64,000 nucleotides of DNA from an uncultured Cuneatibacter sp. (GTDB taxonomy: Bacteria > Bacillota > Clostridia > Lachnospirales > Lachnospiraceae): the NCBI GenBank assembly GCA_934234215.1, contig CAKQHB010000003.1:22077-86076 (forward strand), given 5' to 3'. How positions within the stretch are numbered: position 1 is the first letter of the stretch; each line of letters opens with the position of its first letter. Shown here piece by piece: positions 49,035 through 59,060 of the stretch. The notes beneath the pieces were generated by a model. That model saw nothing but the letters and a program-made list of their open reading frames with translations, was not told where the DNA came from and ran no database searches. The position numbers and the translations under genes are program-made.

Positions 49035-49162
49035 CTTTATAGGAAATTGCGTCGCATTTCCTATAAAGTAAAAAAGCGCTACGCATGGATCCGCACTGCG
49101 GCGGAACAGAATTTGTCGCTTCGCGACCCGCCGCAGGCGGAGAATCCTGCGGAGCAGGATTC
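49035..49162 (+). repeat. Full copy A of the terminator-abutting structured repeat (three hairpins)
   Basis: Hairpin 1 is an AT-rich palindrome ctttataggaaat-tgcgtcgca-tttcctataaag. A linker aaaaagcgctacgcatggatc follows. Hairpin 2 is gcactgcggcgg...gtcgcttcgcgac...ccgccgcaggcgg. Hairpin 3 is gaatcctgc-gga-gcaggattc. The other two copies are at 21952-22019 and 40064-40183. Confidence 0.8.
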
Positions 49163-49194
49163 TATTTTTATTTCCGACAAGCAGATAATATTAA

Positions 49195-49250
49195 AAGAAG
49201 GAAGAAATTCGGTATGTAATAAGGAACTTCTTCCTTTTTTTGTTCTGCAA
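49195..49250. terminator. Bidirectional terminator between the repeat and radA (aaggaagaaatt...aacttcttcctt plus T-tracts)
   Basis: 12-bp stem with one mismatch, flanked by A and T runs. Confidence 0.5.
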
Positions 49251-49264
49251 ATTTTTTGCTGATT

Positions 49265-50647
49265 TTATTTTTTCTCTTTTTTCAAATACTGCAGCACTTC
49301 ACTGAGATTTTTTACACCGACACAGTGCATCCCCTTGGGAATATCCAGTCCTTCCAGTGCTACCTGCGGTGCAATGCAAGTAGAAAATCCCAGCTTTGAA
49401 GCTTCCTGCAATCTCTTCGCACACTGACTGACGCTTCGCACTTCGCCGGAAATACCAACTTCTCCGAATGCCATCGTGTGTTCGTCCACTTCAATATCCA
49501 GATAGCTGGAAATCAGTGCGATCACGATTGCCAGATCCATAGACGGCTCGGATACCCGCATACCGCCAGTGACATTGACATAGGCATCACACTGCCCCAG
49601 AGATAGGTGCAGGCGTTTTTCCAGCACTGCCATGAGCAGGTTCACACGGTTATAATCCGTGCCGACTGCAGTTCGTCTCGGCATGCCAAAGTTTGTCCGG
49701 CATACAAGTGCCTGTACTTCCATCAGGATCGGCCTCGTTCCCTCCACGGAACAGGACACAACCGAACCGGATGCATGCTCCGGTCTTCCCTGCAGCAGAT
49801 ATGCCGAAGGGTTTTCCACCTCCCGCAGACCGGTATTCTGCATCTCAAAGACACCAATCTCGTTTGTGGATCCAAAACGGTTCTTTACGGCACGCAGGAT
49901 ACGATAAGAAGCACTGCGGTCGCCCTCAAAGTACAGAACTGTATCTACCATATGTTCCAGAACACGGGGACCTGCCACCATGCCCTCTTTCGTCACATGA
50001 CCAACCAGAAATGTGGCAATACCCTCTCCCTTTGCCAACTGGAGCAGCTGATTCGTACACTCCCGCACCTGTCCGACACTGCCCGGAGCCGAAGAAATAT
50101 CCTCCCGAAACATTGTCTGAATGGAATCAATAACAACAAGATCCGGCTTTTGCTCCCGGATCGTCTCCGAGATCGTATCCAGATTTGTCTCGCACAGCAG
50201 ATACAATCCCTCTTCGAATTCGCCCATACGGTCTGCACGCATCTTAATCTGCCGTTTGGACTCCTCGCCGGAAATATATAAGACCTTTTTACCGGAAGAA
50301 ACGAGATTCCGACACATCTGCAGCAAAATCGTGGATTTTCCAATGCCGGGATCTCCGCCGATCAGTACAAGAGATGCCGGGACAATTCCGCCTCCCAGCA
50401 CACGATCCATCTCTAAAATCCCGCTGGAAAAGCGAGGCTCCTCCTCAGTGGAAATCTCCCGAAGTCGTACCGGAATTCTTTTTTCCCGGCTCTCTGCAGC
50501 GGACAGCTTTCTGCCCTTCCCGGAAGACTTCGGTGCAGTCGGTTCTTCTACCAGCGTATTCCAGTTTTTGCAGCTGGGGCATTGCCCCAGCCACTTTGGT
50601 GTTTCATATCCGCATTCTTTACAGAAAAAGACGCTGGTGCTCTTCAT
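49265..50647 (-). CDS. radA: DNA repair protein RadA/Sms
   Basis: N-terminal zinc finger CKECGYETPKWLGQCPSC, RecA-like Walker A GDPGIGKST and Lon-like C-terminal domain. Confidence 0.92.
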   Translation of the reverse strand: MKSTSVFFCKECGYETPKWLGQCPSCKNWNTLVEEPTAPKSSGKGRKLSAAESREKRIPVRLREISTEEEPRFSSGILEMDRVLGGGIVPASLVLIGGDPGIGKSTILLQMCRNLVSSGKKVLYISGEESKRQIKMRADRMGEFEEGLYLLCETNLDTISETIREQKPDLVVIDSIQTMFREDISSAPGSVGQVRECTNQLLQLAKGEGIATFLVGHVTKEGMVAGPRVLEHMVDTVLYFEGDRSASYRILRAVKNRFGSTNEIGVFEMQNTGLREVENPSAYLLQGRPEHASGSVVSCSVEGTRPILMEVQALVCRTNFGMPRRTAVGTDYNRVNLLMAVLEKRLHLSLGQCDAYVNVTGGMRVSEPSMDLAIVIALISSYLDIEVDEHTMAFGEVGISGEVRSVSQCAKRLQEASKLGFSTCIAPQVALEGLDIPKGMHCVGVKNLSEVLQYLKKEKK

Positions 50648-53115
50648 TCAGCCTCCTTTGCAGGCTCCGGACAAAACTCGATGGCGCCATCCTTTGCATC
50701 GATCCGAACATCCATACCCTTTTGAATGTTGCCAACAAGGATCTCTTCTGCCAAACGATCCTCGATGAGATTTTGGATCACACGGCGCAACGGTCTTGCA
50801 CCATATTTTTCATCGTAGCCCTTTTCAATCAGAATCTCCTTCGCCGCATCGGTAATCTGCATCGTCAGCTCCATCTGCTCAGAAGCTCTCTTCTCGATCG
50901 TCTTCATCATAATCACAACAATCTCGCTGATGTTCTCCTTTGTCAGCGGATGGAAAACGATCGTCTCATCGATACGATTCAGAAACTCCGGCTTGAATGT
51001 CTGCTGAACCTCTTCCATGACGCGGCTCTTCATAAACTCGTAATCCTGCTTCGGTGCATCTGCCACAGTGCCAAAACCAAGACGCTTCTGTGTCAGGATG
51101 TTGGCAGCACCACAGTTTGATGTCATAATAATGACGGTATTTTTAAAGTCGATGCGACGTCCCTGAGAATCGGTGATCTGTCCATCGTCCAATACCTGCA
51201 GCAAAATATTAAACACATCCGGATGCGCCTTCTCGATTTCATCAAACAGTAAAATCGAGTACGGATTTCTCCGAACTTTTTCGCTGAGCTGACCACCCTC
51301 CTCATAACCGACATATCCGGGCGGAGAACCGATGAGCTTGCTGACGCTGTGCTTCTCCATATATTCCGACATGTCAACACGAATAATTGCATTTTCCGAG
51401 CCAAACATTGCTTCTGCCAATGCCTTTGACAGCTCTGTTTTGCCGACACCGGTAGGTCCAAGGAACAGAAAGCTGCCGATGGGACGCTTCGGATCCTTCA
51501 ATCCGACACGACCTCTGCGAATTGCCTTTGCAACGGCTGCGACTGCGGCATCCTGTCCAATAACTCTCTTATGCAAGATTTCTTCCAGATGGCGCAGACG
51601 CTCTGCTTCTCCCTCTTCCAGACTCTTGACTGGAATTCGCGTCCAGTCAGAGACAACTTCTGCAATCTGCTCGACACCAACGATGGGACAACTGTTTTTC
51701 TTTTCTTCTTCCCACTGCATCGTGCGAACCTGAATCTCCTGCTTTTTTTCCTGCTGGAGACGTTTGATCTCACCGGCACGCTCATATGCCTCAGCGCTGA
51801 TTGCCTGCTCTTTTTCTTTTTCCAGATCCTGTACTTCTTTTTCCAGATCTTTGATATCTGCCGGTGTAACATACGTCGTCAGACGTACTTTGGACGATGC
51901 CTCATCAATCAGGTCGATGGCTTTGTCCGGCAGAAAACGATCGTTGATATAGCGGGCAGACAGGGAAACAGCTGCCTCCAGTGCTTCATCTGTGATTGTA
52001 ACTTTGTGATGCTCCTCATAAGCGCCCCGCAGTCCGCGAAGAATCTCTACTGCCTCTTCCGCAGACGGTTCCTCCACCATGACCGGCTGGAAACGACGCT
52101 CCAGAGCGGCATCCTTTTCGATGTGCTTGCGGTATTCCTGAATGGTTGTTGCACCGATGATCTGAATCTCACCGCGGGCAAGCGCTGGTTTCAAGATATT
52201 GGAAGCATCCATCGCGCCCTCTGCGCCGCCGGCACCGATGATCGTATGCAGCTCATCAATAAACAACAGGACACCGCCATCATTTCGCACTTCGTTGATG
52301 ACGGTCTTGATCCGTTCCTCGAACTCACCACGGTACTTAGAACCTGCCACCATGCCGGACAGATCCAGCGTCACCAGTCTTTTTCCGGAGATCGTCTCCG
52401 GGATGTTCCCCTCCACGATCCGCGCCGCAAGACCCTCTGCAATGGCAGTCTTACCGACGCCGGGTTCTCCGATCAGACAGGGATTGTTCTTCGTACGGCG
52501 GCTCAAAATCTGAATGACGCGCGTGATTTCCGTCTCTCTGCCAATGACCGGATCAAGCTTTCCCTCTTTTGCCATCGCAGTCAGATCTCTGCCATACTGA
52601 TCCAGTGTGGGCGTGGAACTGTTCTTATTAGAGCCCTTGGGGGCAGAATTTTTCATCTCCTCCCGCACAGACGCGGCATCCTGTCCGCTGCTGACATACA
52701 GATCCAGATACATCTTTCGGATATCGACATTCAGTGTATTCAACAGGCGGATCGCACCGCAATCCGGCTCCTTCAAAATCGCAACAAGAATGTGCTCCGT
52801 TCCGATCAGCGGAGATCTCGTATGCAATGCCTCTTTATAGCTGTTTTCCAACACGCGGCGTGCCTTCGGAGTATATCCCTCCGGATCGGCAATTCCAACT
52901 GCTGCGTTCTGCGTCATGAACTGCTGGATCAACTGGAAGACACGCTCCTCGCTGATGCCGTGATTGTCCAGGACTCTGGCGGCAACACCGGTTCCCTCCT
53001 GAATCAGGCCAATCAGAAGGTGCTCTGTCCCGACAAGAGGATGTCCCAGAGATTCTGCGGCATCCACAGCCAGCGACAGGGCATCTTTTGCTTTATTCGT
53101 AAAACGATCTGTCAT
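50644..53115 (-). CDS. clpC: ATP-dependent Clp protease ATP-binding subunit ClpC
   Basis: Clp_N repeats, two AAA+ modules ([16 protein letters not shown]) and a UVR motif. 823 aa. Confidence 0.95.
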   Translation of the reverse strand: MTDRFTNKAKDALSLAVDAAESLGHPLVGTEHLLIGLIQEGTGVAARVLDNHGISEERVFQLIQQFMTQNAAVGIADPEGYTPKARRVLENSYKEALHTRSPLIGTEHILVAILKEPDCGAIRLLNTLNVDIRKMYLDLYVSSGQDAASVREEMKNSAPKGSNKNSSTPTLDQYGRDLTAMAKEGKLDPVIGRETEITRVIQILSRRTKNNPCLIGEPGVGKTAIAEGLAARIVEGNIPETISGKRLVTLDLSGMVAGSKYRGEFEERIKTVINEVRNDGGVLLFIDELHTIIGAGGAEGAMDASNILKPALARGEIQIIGATTIQEYRKHIEKDAALERRFQPVMVEEPSAEEAVEILRGLRGAYEEHHKVTITDEALEAAVSLSARYINDRFLPDKAIDLIDEASSKVRLTTYVTPADIKDLEKEVQDLEKEKEQAISAEAYERAGEIKRLQQEKKQEIQVRTMQWEEEKKNSCPIVGVEQIAEVVSDWTRIPVKSLEEGEAERLRHLEEILHKRVIGQDAAVAAVAKAIRRGRVGLKDPKRPIGSFLFLGPTGVGKTELSKALAEAMFGSENAIIRVDMSEYMEKHSVSKLIGSPPGYVGYEEGGQLSEKVRRNPYSILLFDEIEKAHPDVFNILLQVLDDGQITDSQGRRIDFKNTVIIMTSNCGAANILTQKRLGFGTVADAPKQDYEFMKSRVMEEVQQTFKPEFLNRIDETIVFHPLTKENISEIVVIMMKTIEKRASEQMELTMQITDAAKEILIEKGYDEKYGARPLRRVIQNLIEDRLAEEILVGNIQKGMDVRIDAKDGAIEFCPEPAKEAE

Positions 53116-53119
53116 AAAT

Positions 53120-54163
53120 TCACTCTTCCTCCTTGCACTCCGGAAGATGCTTCCGGATATATTCCGCCCGATAGCGGTTCTGCTCCTCCTCGCTCATCTC
53201 CCGATGATACATCGTCTGGAGCGATGCACTCTGGCAGCACTGCATCATCTGAAACAGCGAAACCGGTGTTTCAAACTGAATCAATCCCAACGTTGCGCCA
53301 AGCCGCAGCTTGGATAAATAATGCAGGGCATCCTTGATCGTCAGAGAGCGGGCATAGCGCAGCAATCCATATGCGCGATAGGTCTGATCTTCTCTGGCAT
53401 CCTTCTGATTCTGCATCGCCAGCTCCCGCAGTTTTTTCTCCTGCTCCAGAATCCTGCGTCCGATTTTATTCAGTACCGCAATCAAATCCTCCTCGGACTG
53501 CCCCAGTGTCTTTTGATTATAGATTACATACATATCTCCGTAGGCTTCCCCATCAGAGCCGAATGCCTGCTTCATCACGATTCCGAACCGGCTAACCTCC
53601 TGCATCGTAGCGGAAAATCGCTTACTGCCGGAAAGGAGCGGCAGATGCAGCAGCAAATATGCCCGCATGCCAGTACCAAGATGTGTCGGATATGTCGTCA
53701 TATATCCGAACTTCGGATCAAAAGCATATTCGTATTTTTCGTTGATCTGATCGTCCAGTCGATCTGCCTGCGCCCATGCTCCTTCCAGATTCAGGCCACT
53801 GCAGCTGACTTGCAGGCGAATATGATCCTCTCCATTAAAAATCAAGCCGACAGACTCATCCTTGGAAAGCATCATGGACATCGGGTGCGTGTTCTCCGCA
53901 ATTCCATGACTGATGAGCTGCCGCTCCTGAAGCGCCATCCGCGCCCGGTCGCTGAGTTGCTGCAGATCCATCGTATCGTAATCCAACCCGGTGGTCGTCT
54001 GCAGGCAGGCAAAAGAACTTTCCAACTGCTGATCCAGAGTTGCCAGGTCTTCATCTGTCATCTTTACCGGAAACAGGTATCCCTTCAGGTTTCGCTGTAA
54101 ACGTACACGACTGGCAACAACGATATCATCGTCAGCGCCTTCTCTCTCGTACCATTTAAGCAT
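53120..54163 (-). CDS. mcsB: Protein arginine kinase McsB
   Basis: ATP:guanido phosphotransferase domain with a CPxNxGT-like motif. Position between mcsA and clpC. Confidence 0.85.
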   Translation of the reverse strand: MLKWYEREGADDDIVVASRVRLQRNLKGYLFPVKMTDEDLATLDQQLESSFACLQTTTGLDYDTMDLQQLSDRARMALQERQLISHGIAENTHPMSMMLSKDESVGLIFNGEDHIRLQVSCSGLNLEGAWAQADRLDDQINEKYEYAFDPKFGYMTTYPTHLGTGMRAYLLLHLPLLSGSKRFSATMQEVSRFGIVMKQAFGSDGEAYGDMYVIYNQKTLGQSEEDLIAVLNKIGRRILEQEKKLRELAMQNQKDAREDQTYRAYGLLRYARSLTIKDALHYLSKLRLGATLGLIQFETPVSLFQMMQCCQSASLQTMYHREMSEEEQNRYRAEYIRKHLPECKEEE

Positions 54164-54704
54164 CAATACCCTCCTCCTGCAGCTTCCGGATCTCATCCCG
54201 GTATCGCGCCGCTTCTTCATATTCTTCTTCGGAGATGGCCTCCTGCAGACGGGATCGCAGCACAGCTAAGCGATCCTCCATCGTCTCCTGAGGTGCACCG
54301 GCAGCAGAACCATCTTCGGTCTGCGTCTCCGTCTGATAACGGGGATGCTTTCCCACATGAGTATCACTGCCCTGCAGCTTCTTAATGTTGCTGCTCATCA
54401 AAATGCTGAAGGTATCATAACAGTCCGGGCAGCCAAACTGACTGTCCCGTACAAACTCTCCATAACTCATACCACAGGTAGGGCATACGATCTGGTCATA
54501 ATTCTCTTTCTCTTCGGTCTGGTCGTCTCCGTTTAATCCAAGAATACCGGACAGCAGCTTTCCAAACGGAAAATCATCGAAAAGCTGTGCCAGCTCTGTC
54601 TCTTGTGCACATGCCGAACAGAGGTTATGCTCATGCACAACTCCGTTGACAACTTCTTTTATTACAATATTTGCTTCCCTTTCATGGCAGCGTTCACATA
54701 ACAT
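54156..54704 (-). CDS. mcsA: Arginine kinase activator McsA (zinc-finger pairs plus UVR motif)
   Basis: Cys pairs CERCHE...CSAC and CPTCG...CPDC. C-terminal EEYEEAARYRDEIRKL is a UvrB/C-type motif. Confidence 0.85.
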   Translation of the reverse strand: MLCERCHEREANIVIKEVVNGVVHEHNLCSACAQETELAQLFDDFPFGKLLSGILGLNGDDQTEEKENYDQIVCPTCGMSYGEFVRDSQFGCPDCYDTFSILMSSNIKKLQGSDTHVGKHPRYQTETQTEDGSAAGAPQETMEDRLAVLRSRLQEAISEEEYEEAARYRDEIRKLQEEGIDA

Positions 54705-54727
54705 GATCTCTCACTCTCCTACTCTCG

Positions 54728-55099
54728 TCAGCCACAATAATCATCATACATCTCTTCTACCAGTGCGATCATCTCTTCTTTCGTGACCGAACGGCATCGC
54801 GCCTTTGCAAGAATCACACGAAGATCTCTCCGCAGCTCCTGAATCGTCTGGAGCTTATCCGCATCCAGTGCGATCACAGCACCTTTTCTGCGGTCGATCT
54901 TGACAAAGCCCTCCTGACGCAGCATCGCATATGCCTTATTTACTGTATGCATATTGATGCCGATACTGTCCGCCAGCTGGCGAACAGATGGAAGGGAGTC
55001 TCCCTCCTGAATCTCATCCGAGGCAATGCCCAGAATTACACGGTTGCAGATCTGCAAATATAAGGCTTCATCACTGTTAAAATCTATTTCCCAAAGCAT
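54728..55099 (-). CDS. Short GntR-family (YtrA-like) transcriptional regulator in the position normally held by CtsR
   Basis: Winged HTH GDSLPSVRQLADSIGINMHTVNKAYAMLRQEGFV. Lies 23 nt upstream of mcsA, which has a GGAGAG RBS. Confidence 0.75.
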   Translation of the reverse strand: MLWEIDFNSDEALYLQICNRVILGIASDEIQEGDSLPSVRQLADSIGINMHTVNKAYAMLRQEGFVKIDRRKGAVIALDADKLQTIQELRRDLRVILAKARCRSVTKEEMIALVEEMYDDYCG

Positions 55100-55204
55100 G
55101 GTATACCAACCCCTTACACGATTGTTATATATATTCTATAACAAAAGTCGAAATTAAGCAAGCGAATTTTCAAGAAAATCGAACGTATGTTTTTAAACAA
55201 CAAA

Positions 55205-55245
55205 ACAGACGCGTCTCCCACCGGGAAAAGCGTCTGTCTGTCCAT
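55205..55245 (-). terminator. Intrinsic terminator ending the cohesin/GH73 operon
   Basis: On the minus strand: cagacgc...gcgtctg stem followed by a T-rich tract, directly after the 55259 stop. Confidence 0.55.
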
Positions 55246-55258
55246 TTCTTTTTAACGG

Positions 55259-56995
55259 TTAGTCTCCTTTTTTATCCAAGTCGATGACTTCCATATCATC
55301 CTCTTCTTTTGTCGTAGGCGTGTCTTTCGGAGTTTCCGATGCGAAATCAATCACTTCCTCTTCTTCCGGGACGATCGGTGCTGCATCAACCTCTTCGAAA
55401 AGATCTTCCGGCTGATCTACCTCTGTTTCCGGTTCCGAAGTCTCCTCGCTGTTAGAAGGTTCTTCCGCGAGATAGTCCACTGGCTCTGCTGCCCGCAGTT
55501 CATCCAGCTCGTCTTCCAGATCATCCTGTTTCTTCTTTGCACGAAGCAGCAGGATCTGTACTGCGATAAAGCCAATTAATAAGGCAATCGTCAAAACAAG
55601 GAAAATGGTCATCAGGAGACGATTCCGAAATACCTGCTGATCTTTCTCCGCAAGCTCTTTTTCATGTGCTGTCTGCAAAGCATCCAACTCTTCCTGCGAA
55701 TCTCCGTCACTCACATAGCGGAAAAAGCTGCCGCTTTCCGCATCGTAGCGATACCACTGTGCATCGCCTGCGGCATTCATTCCATAGACAAGATAAAGAT
55801 TTTCGTCGGAATCCTCTTTCTGGTAAGCGATGATCGTCTTTCCATTTACCTCAAGCTCGACTGTATTGTAACCCTCTGGAACCGTTTCTTCCGCAGGCAA
55901 GGCCAGAAATACAAGGCTGTCTTCCGGCTGGTTTGCTGTCACATAAGGATATGCTTTCTTTTCAGCTTCATCCCAGATATAAAAAGCTCCATTTTTGCCA
56001 GACTCATCAGTCAGGTAAACAAGAACCAAACCTCTGGAATCTTTTGCAGCTGCAATCGAGCCCTTCTCCAATACAAGCTTTTCTTCCTTGAAATTTTTCG
56101 GCAGTTCAATTCCGGAAAGAGAATCTACACCATACAACGTGGAGCCGTTTTCCAACTGTACCGGAACCTTTTCCTGTTTCGCTTCAGTCTCGGTCTCACT
56201 CTCTGTCTCCGAACCGGACTCTGTTGTGCTGGATTCTGCAGAGGAAGAGCTTGCCGCTACAGAAGAAGACGGTGCCTCCGAAGAAGCAACAGCTGCTGCC
56301 GCGCGAACAACACAGATTGGGTAATCTCTTGCAGTCGCACCGTCCATCGCAACAACATGAATGTTAAACCAGTTTTCACCGGGCTGTAAGCTATCAAAAG
56401 GACCGCTGACAGACACCGTACCATAGGAAGCACGGGCATCTACTGCAAAGTTGGTAACGCCACTATCTGCATTTAGCCTCCAACTGCCAGCTGACGGATC
56501 TAACTGTCCCAAAGAAGTGTTCAGAAAGCTCAGAGAAACGTCACTGTAGCCTTCCGGTGGCTGTACAGGTGCCGGATTTTGTACAGTGATAGCAGAACTT
56601 GCAGACGCAGTACCATTATCGCCATCCATATATCCGATTACAACATCACCGAGACGAAAACTAGCAGTTCCCTGTGCTTTCGAAGTAAATGTGTAAGAAA
56701 AGCTTTTTGTTGCGGCAGTATTATCCGTCTCTAAAATCTGAATCATGCCACTGCCACCATCGGGGCCAGTTACAATACCACTGTCATAATACAGGTTCAT
56801 CTGGCAGATCATTTCTTTCGGAGTGCTCAGAGTAACCGTAACGGTAAAACTTTCTCCAACTGCTACCTGAGATGCACTCACGCTGATGGAAGCGCTGCCG
56901 TTTGTTTCTGCATGGCTCTGCATTGCGGGAGCCGCGGTTAAGACACAGATTACCGTCAGAAGCATCGCCATTATTTTTCTGTAGGAAATTTTCAT
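55259..56995 (-). CDS. Type-I membrane protein with cohesin-like domain, cadherin-like beta-sandwich, Ser/Glu linker, conserved membrane-proximal domain, TM and acidic cytoplasmic tail
   Basis: Signal peptide. SISVSASQVAVGESFTVTVTL...NLYYDSGIV is a cohesin-like pattern. SLSFLNTSLGQLDP...ARDYPICVVR is a cadherin-like beta-sandwich (Lachnospiraceae type). TM IFLVLTIALLIGFIAVQILLL. Paralog of 59061-60710. Confidence 0.65.
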   Translation of the reverse strand: MKISYRKIMAMLLTVICVLTAAPAMQSHAETNGSASISVSASQVAVGESFTVTVTLSTPKEMICQMNLYYDSGIVTGPDGGSGMIQILETDNTAATKSFSYTFTSKAQGTASFRLGDVVIGYMDGDNGTASASSAITVQNPAPVQPPEGYSDVSLSFLNTSLGQLDPSAGSWRLNADSGVTNFAVDARASYGTVSVSGPFDSLQPGENWFNIHVVAMDGATARDYPICVVRAAAAVASSEAPSSSVAASSSSAESSTTESGSETESETETEAKQEKVPVQLENGSTLYGVDSLSGIELPKNFKEEKLVLEKGSIAAAKDSRGLVLVYLTDESGKNGAFYIWDEAEKKAYPYVTANQPEDSLVFLALPAEETVPEGYNTVELEVNGKTIIAYQKEDSDENLYLVYGMNAAGDAQWYRYDAESGSFFRYVSDGDSQEELDALQTAHEKELAEKDQQVFRNRLLMTIFLVLTIALLIGFIAVQILLLRAKKKQDDLEDELDELRAAEPVDYLAEEPSNSEETSEPETEVDQPEDLFEEVDAAPIVPEEEEVIDFASETPKDTPTTKEEDDMEVIDLDKKGD

Positions 56996-57016
56996 CTTTT
57001 TAATTTTATCCTTCCT

Positions 57017-59032
57017 TTATTTCTGCGGTACCTTTGCCGTACCCATGATATCGCGCTTGATCGGGACGATATCCAAGACGTTAATCGTTCCATTACGATC
57101 CAGATCACCGGCTGCTTTTTGCAATGCGGTCAGCGTCTGTGTGCCAAGAATCTGCCGCTTCTGCATTACAATATCCAAAACATTCAGAACGCCGTCTCCG
57201 TTCAGATCACCGCGAATGACAACCCTATATTCGTACTTCGTCTGTCCATCTTCGATAGCACGAATGATCTGACCGGTCTTCATCTTCTCGGAATCACCAA
57301 GCTGCGTCTTGCCATCGGAAGAGAAAAACTGAATCGTACAGTTCGTACCGACAATCAGAGACTTGGCATCTTTTATGGTAGAACCGACGGTAAAGCCATT
57401 AATAAATTTACTGGATTCGTCCACATTCAATGTCTGAGAGAATGTGATCTTGCTCTCCTTGTTGCCAGGATCTGGAGTTGGTGTCGGGGTTGGATCTGGC
57501 TCCAATGCCTTCTCCCGATTAATGACGATCGTATATGTCCGGCTCACTCCGGTCTCCGATGTCACAACAACCGGAACTGTGTTATTACCCACATTCAGAT
57601 TCACATAAGTTGCCACTGCGGCATTATTATCCGACTGCAGCTTCTGTCCGGCAATGGTGATAGAGGCTGTCCGGTCAAATGCCTGCGCATCGATTCGAAT
57701 GCTGCTGTAGGAGTTCGGAACAACGGTGGAATAGGATGTCTGATCTACTCCAAAGGTACCGATGGAATATTGTCCGCCTGCAACTGCCAGGCCCTTGAGC
57801 TTGTAGTTCGGATTGCCGTCTCCGGTAGGCTTTGCACACAGGGTTTGCGGCATGTTCCGATAAACCGGGATGACAAATTGAAATGCGGTGGTGCTGATAA
57901 CACCGTTTGCATCTGCATCGGATGCTAATCCGATATTTTTCAGAGTGTTGTATGTATTGCGAGACTCAGACTCCGCACTGAAAACAGCGGTCATATACGG
58001 CAGATACGTCACAACGCCGGAGTTATTGGCAACAACATTGTACTTCAACAGATACGGCGTGTTTCTTCCATTATTTACATAACGGGTCGTGTACTTTTTC
58101 GCACCGCCGAGAAGTGCTTTGTATGGGCTGTTCCAGCCACAATTTTTTGCCTCAGTCAAACCGTTTTTATAGATTTCTTCGTTATTCTTGCCGGTGGCGT
58201 TCATATTAAAGTAGTTGTAATAGCCTTTGAATTCGTTGTTATAATTTCCGGAAATCAGAGGATTATTACCATTTACGCCCTGCTCCATACGGACACGGTT
58301 TGCCAGCGCCAGTGCGCTGACACCCAGCTCTTTTGCCAGACGGCAGAATATCTCGGCATAGGTCATCTCTATCGTCTCATAATTCGATTTCGCATCGGAG
58401 ACCTTGCCATTATTATCTACGGTTATATCTGAAAAGTTTTTCGGTGCAGTCAGCTTCGTTCCTTTGTTGCTGCTATAATCATAGTACATGAACGTACCTT
58501 TCAGCGCAGCATTGATTGTATCGACATTATCTACCGACTCATTATAGGATGTACTCAGAAAGCTGAAAATACCGGTTTCAGTCAGGAAGTTTCGCGGGTC
58601 TACGTAATACTGAATCAGCTTTTCAGAAGCTTGCGTCCAGCCGCCCTCCTGTACTGCCCACTCATTCTGAGTGAAGATAAAGGCATTATTAAATTCAACT
58701 CCCTTATAAGAACTGGGGTAATTGTACTGCCCGGAACTGTTTTTGGAATTCGGGATTGTACAGCGGTATGGATAATAAAAAGAATCGGCCTGGAACAGTG
58801 CACTCCATTCCAGCCCGGTATCGTAGTAAACGAAGCTGGCATTGGGATATGCACGCTTGACTGCATTCAGTCCTGCCTGATAGCTGGAAGGAAACTCGCC
58901 AATCTGAGCGACCCAGCGGGACTGTGTCACCGCTGCATAGCTCTTTTTCATAAAATTTCCGTCCAGCGCCACGAGACACACCGTCATCGCGACGCACACC
59001 AACATTGCCACGCTTCGTTTAATATATTTCAT
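57017..59032 (-). CDS. Secreted GH73 N-acetylglucosaminidase (peptidoglycan hydrolase) with cadherin-like beta-sandwich and C-terminal type-I dockerin
   Basis: Signal peptide MKYIKRSVAMLVCVAMTV. GH73-like LGVSALALANRVRMEQGVNGNNPLISGNYN...YYNYFN. Two dockerin calcium loops, DLNGDGVLNVLD and DLDRNGTINVLD. AGGGGAG RBS. Confidence 0.7.
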   Translation of the reverse strand: MKYIKRSVAMLVCVAMTVCLVALDGNFMKKSYAAVTQSRWVAQIGEFPSSYQAGLNAVKRAYPNASFVYYDTGLEWSALFQADSFYYPYRCTIPNSKNSSGQYNYPSSYKGVEFNNAFIFTQNEWAVQEGGWTQASEKLIQYYVDPRNFLTETGIFSFLSTSYNESVDNVDTINAALKGTFMYYDYSSNKGTKLTAPKNFSDITVDNNGKVSDAKSNYETIEMTYAEIFCRLAKELGVSALALANRVRMEQGVNGNNPLISGNYNNEFKGYYNYFNMNATGKNNEEIYKNGLTEAKNCGWNSPYKALLGGAKKYTTRYVNNGRNTPYLLKYNVVANNSGVVTYLPYMTAVFSAESESRNTYNTLKNIGLASDADANGVISTTAFQFVIPVYRNMPQTLCAKPTGDGNPNYKLKGLAVAGGQYSIGTFGVDQTSYSTVVPNSYSSIRIDAQAFDRTASITIAGQKLQSDNNAAVATYVNLNVGNNTVPVVVTSETGVSRTYTIVINREKALEPDPTPTPTPDPGNKESKITFSQTLNVDESSKFINGFTVGSTIKDAKSLIVGTNCTIQFFSSDGKTQLGDSEKMKTGQIIRAIEDGQTKYEYRVVIRGDLNGDGVLNVLDIVMQKRQILGTQTLTALQKAAGDLDRNGTINVLDIVPIKRDIMGTAKVPQK

Positions 59033-59060
59033 GTTCTCCCCTAACTTTTGTTGCTTTGTC

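Noticed and set aside
51571-53337. 588-aa ORF on the plus strand
   Set aside because: Antisense shadow inside clpC, which is supported by unmistakable AAA+ motifs on the minus strand. The translation is low-complexity and has no motifs.
55100-55200. CtsR operator (tandem GGTCAAA heptads) upstream of the clpC operon
   Set aside because: Only a single degenerate gtcgaaa is present, with no direct repeat. This fits the first gene being a GntR-type regulator, not CtsR.
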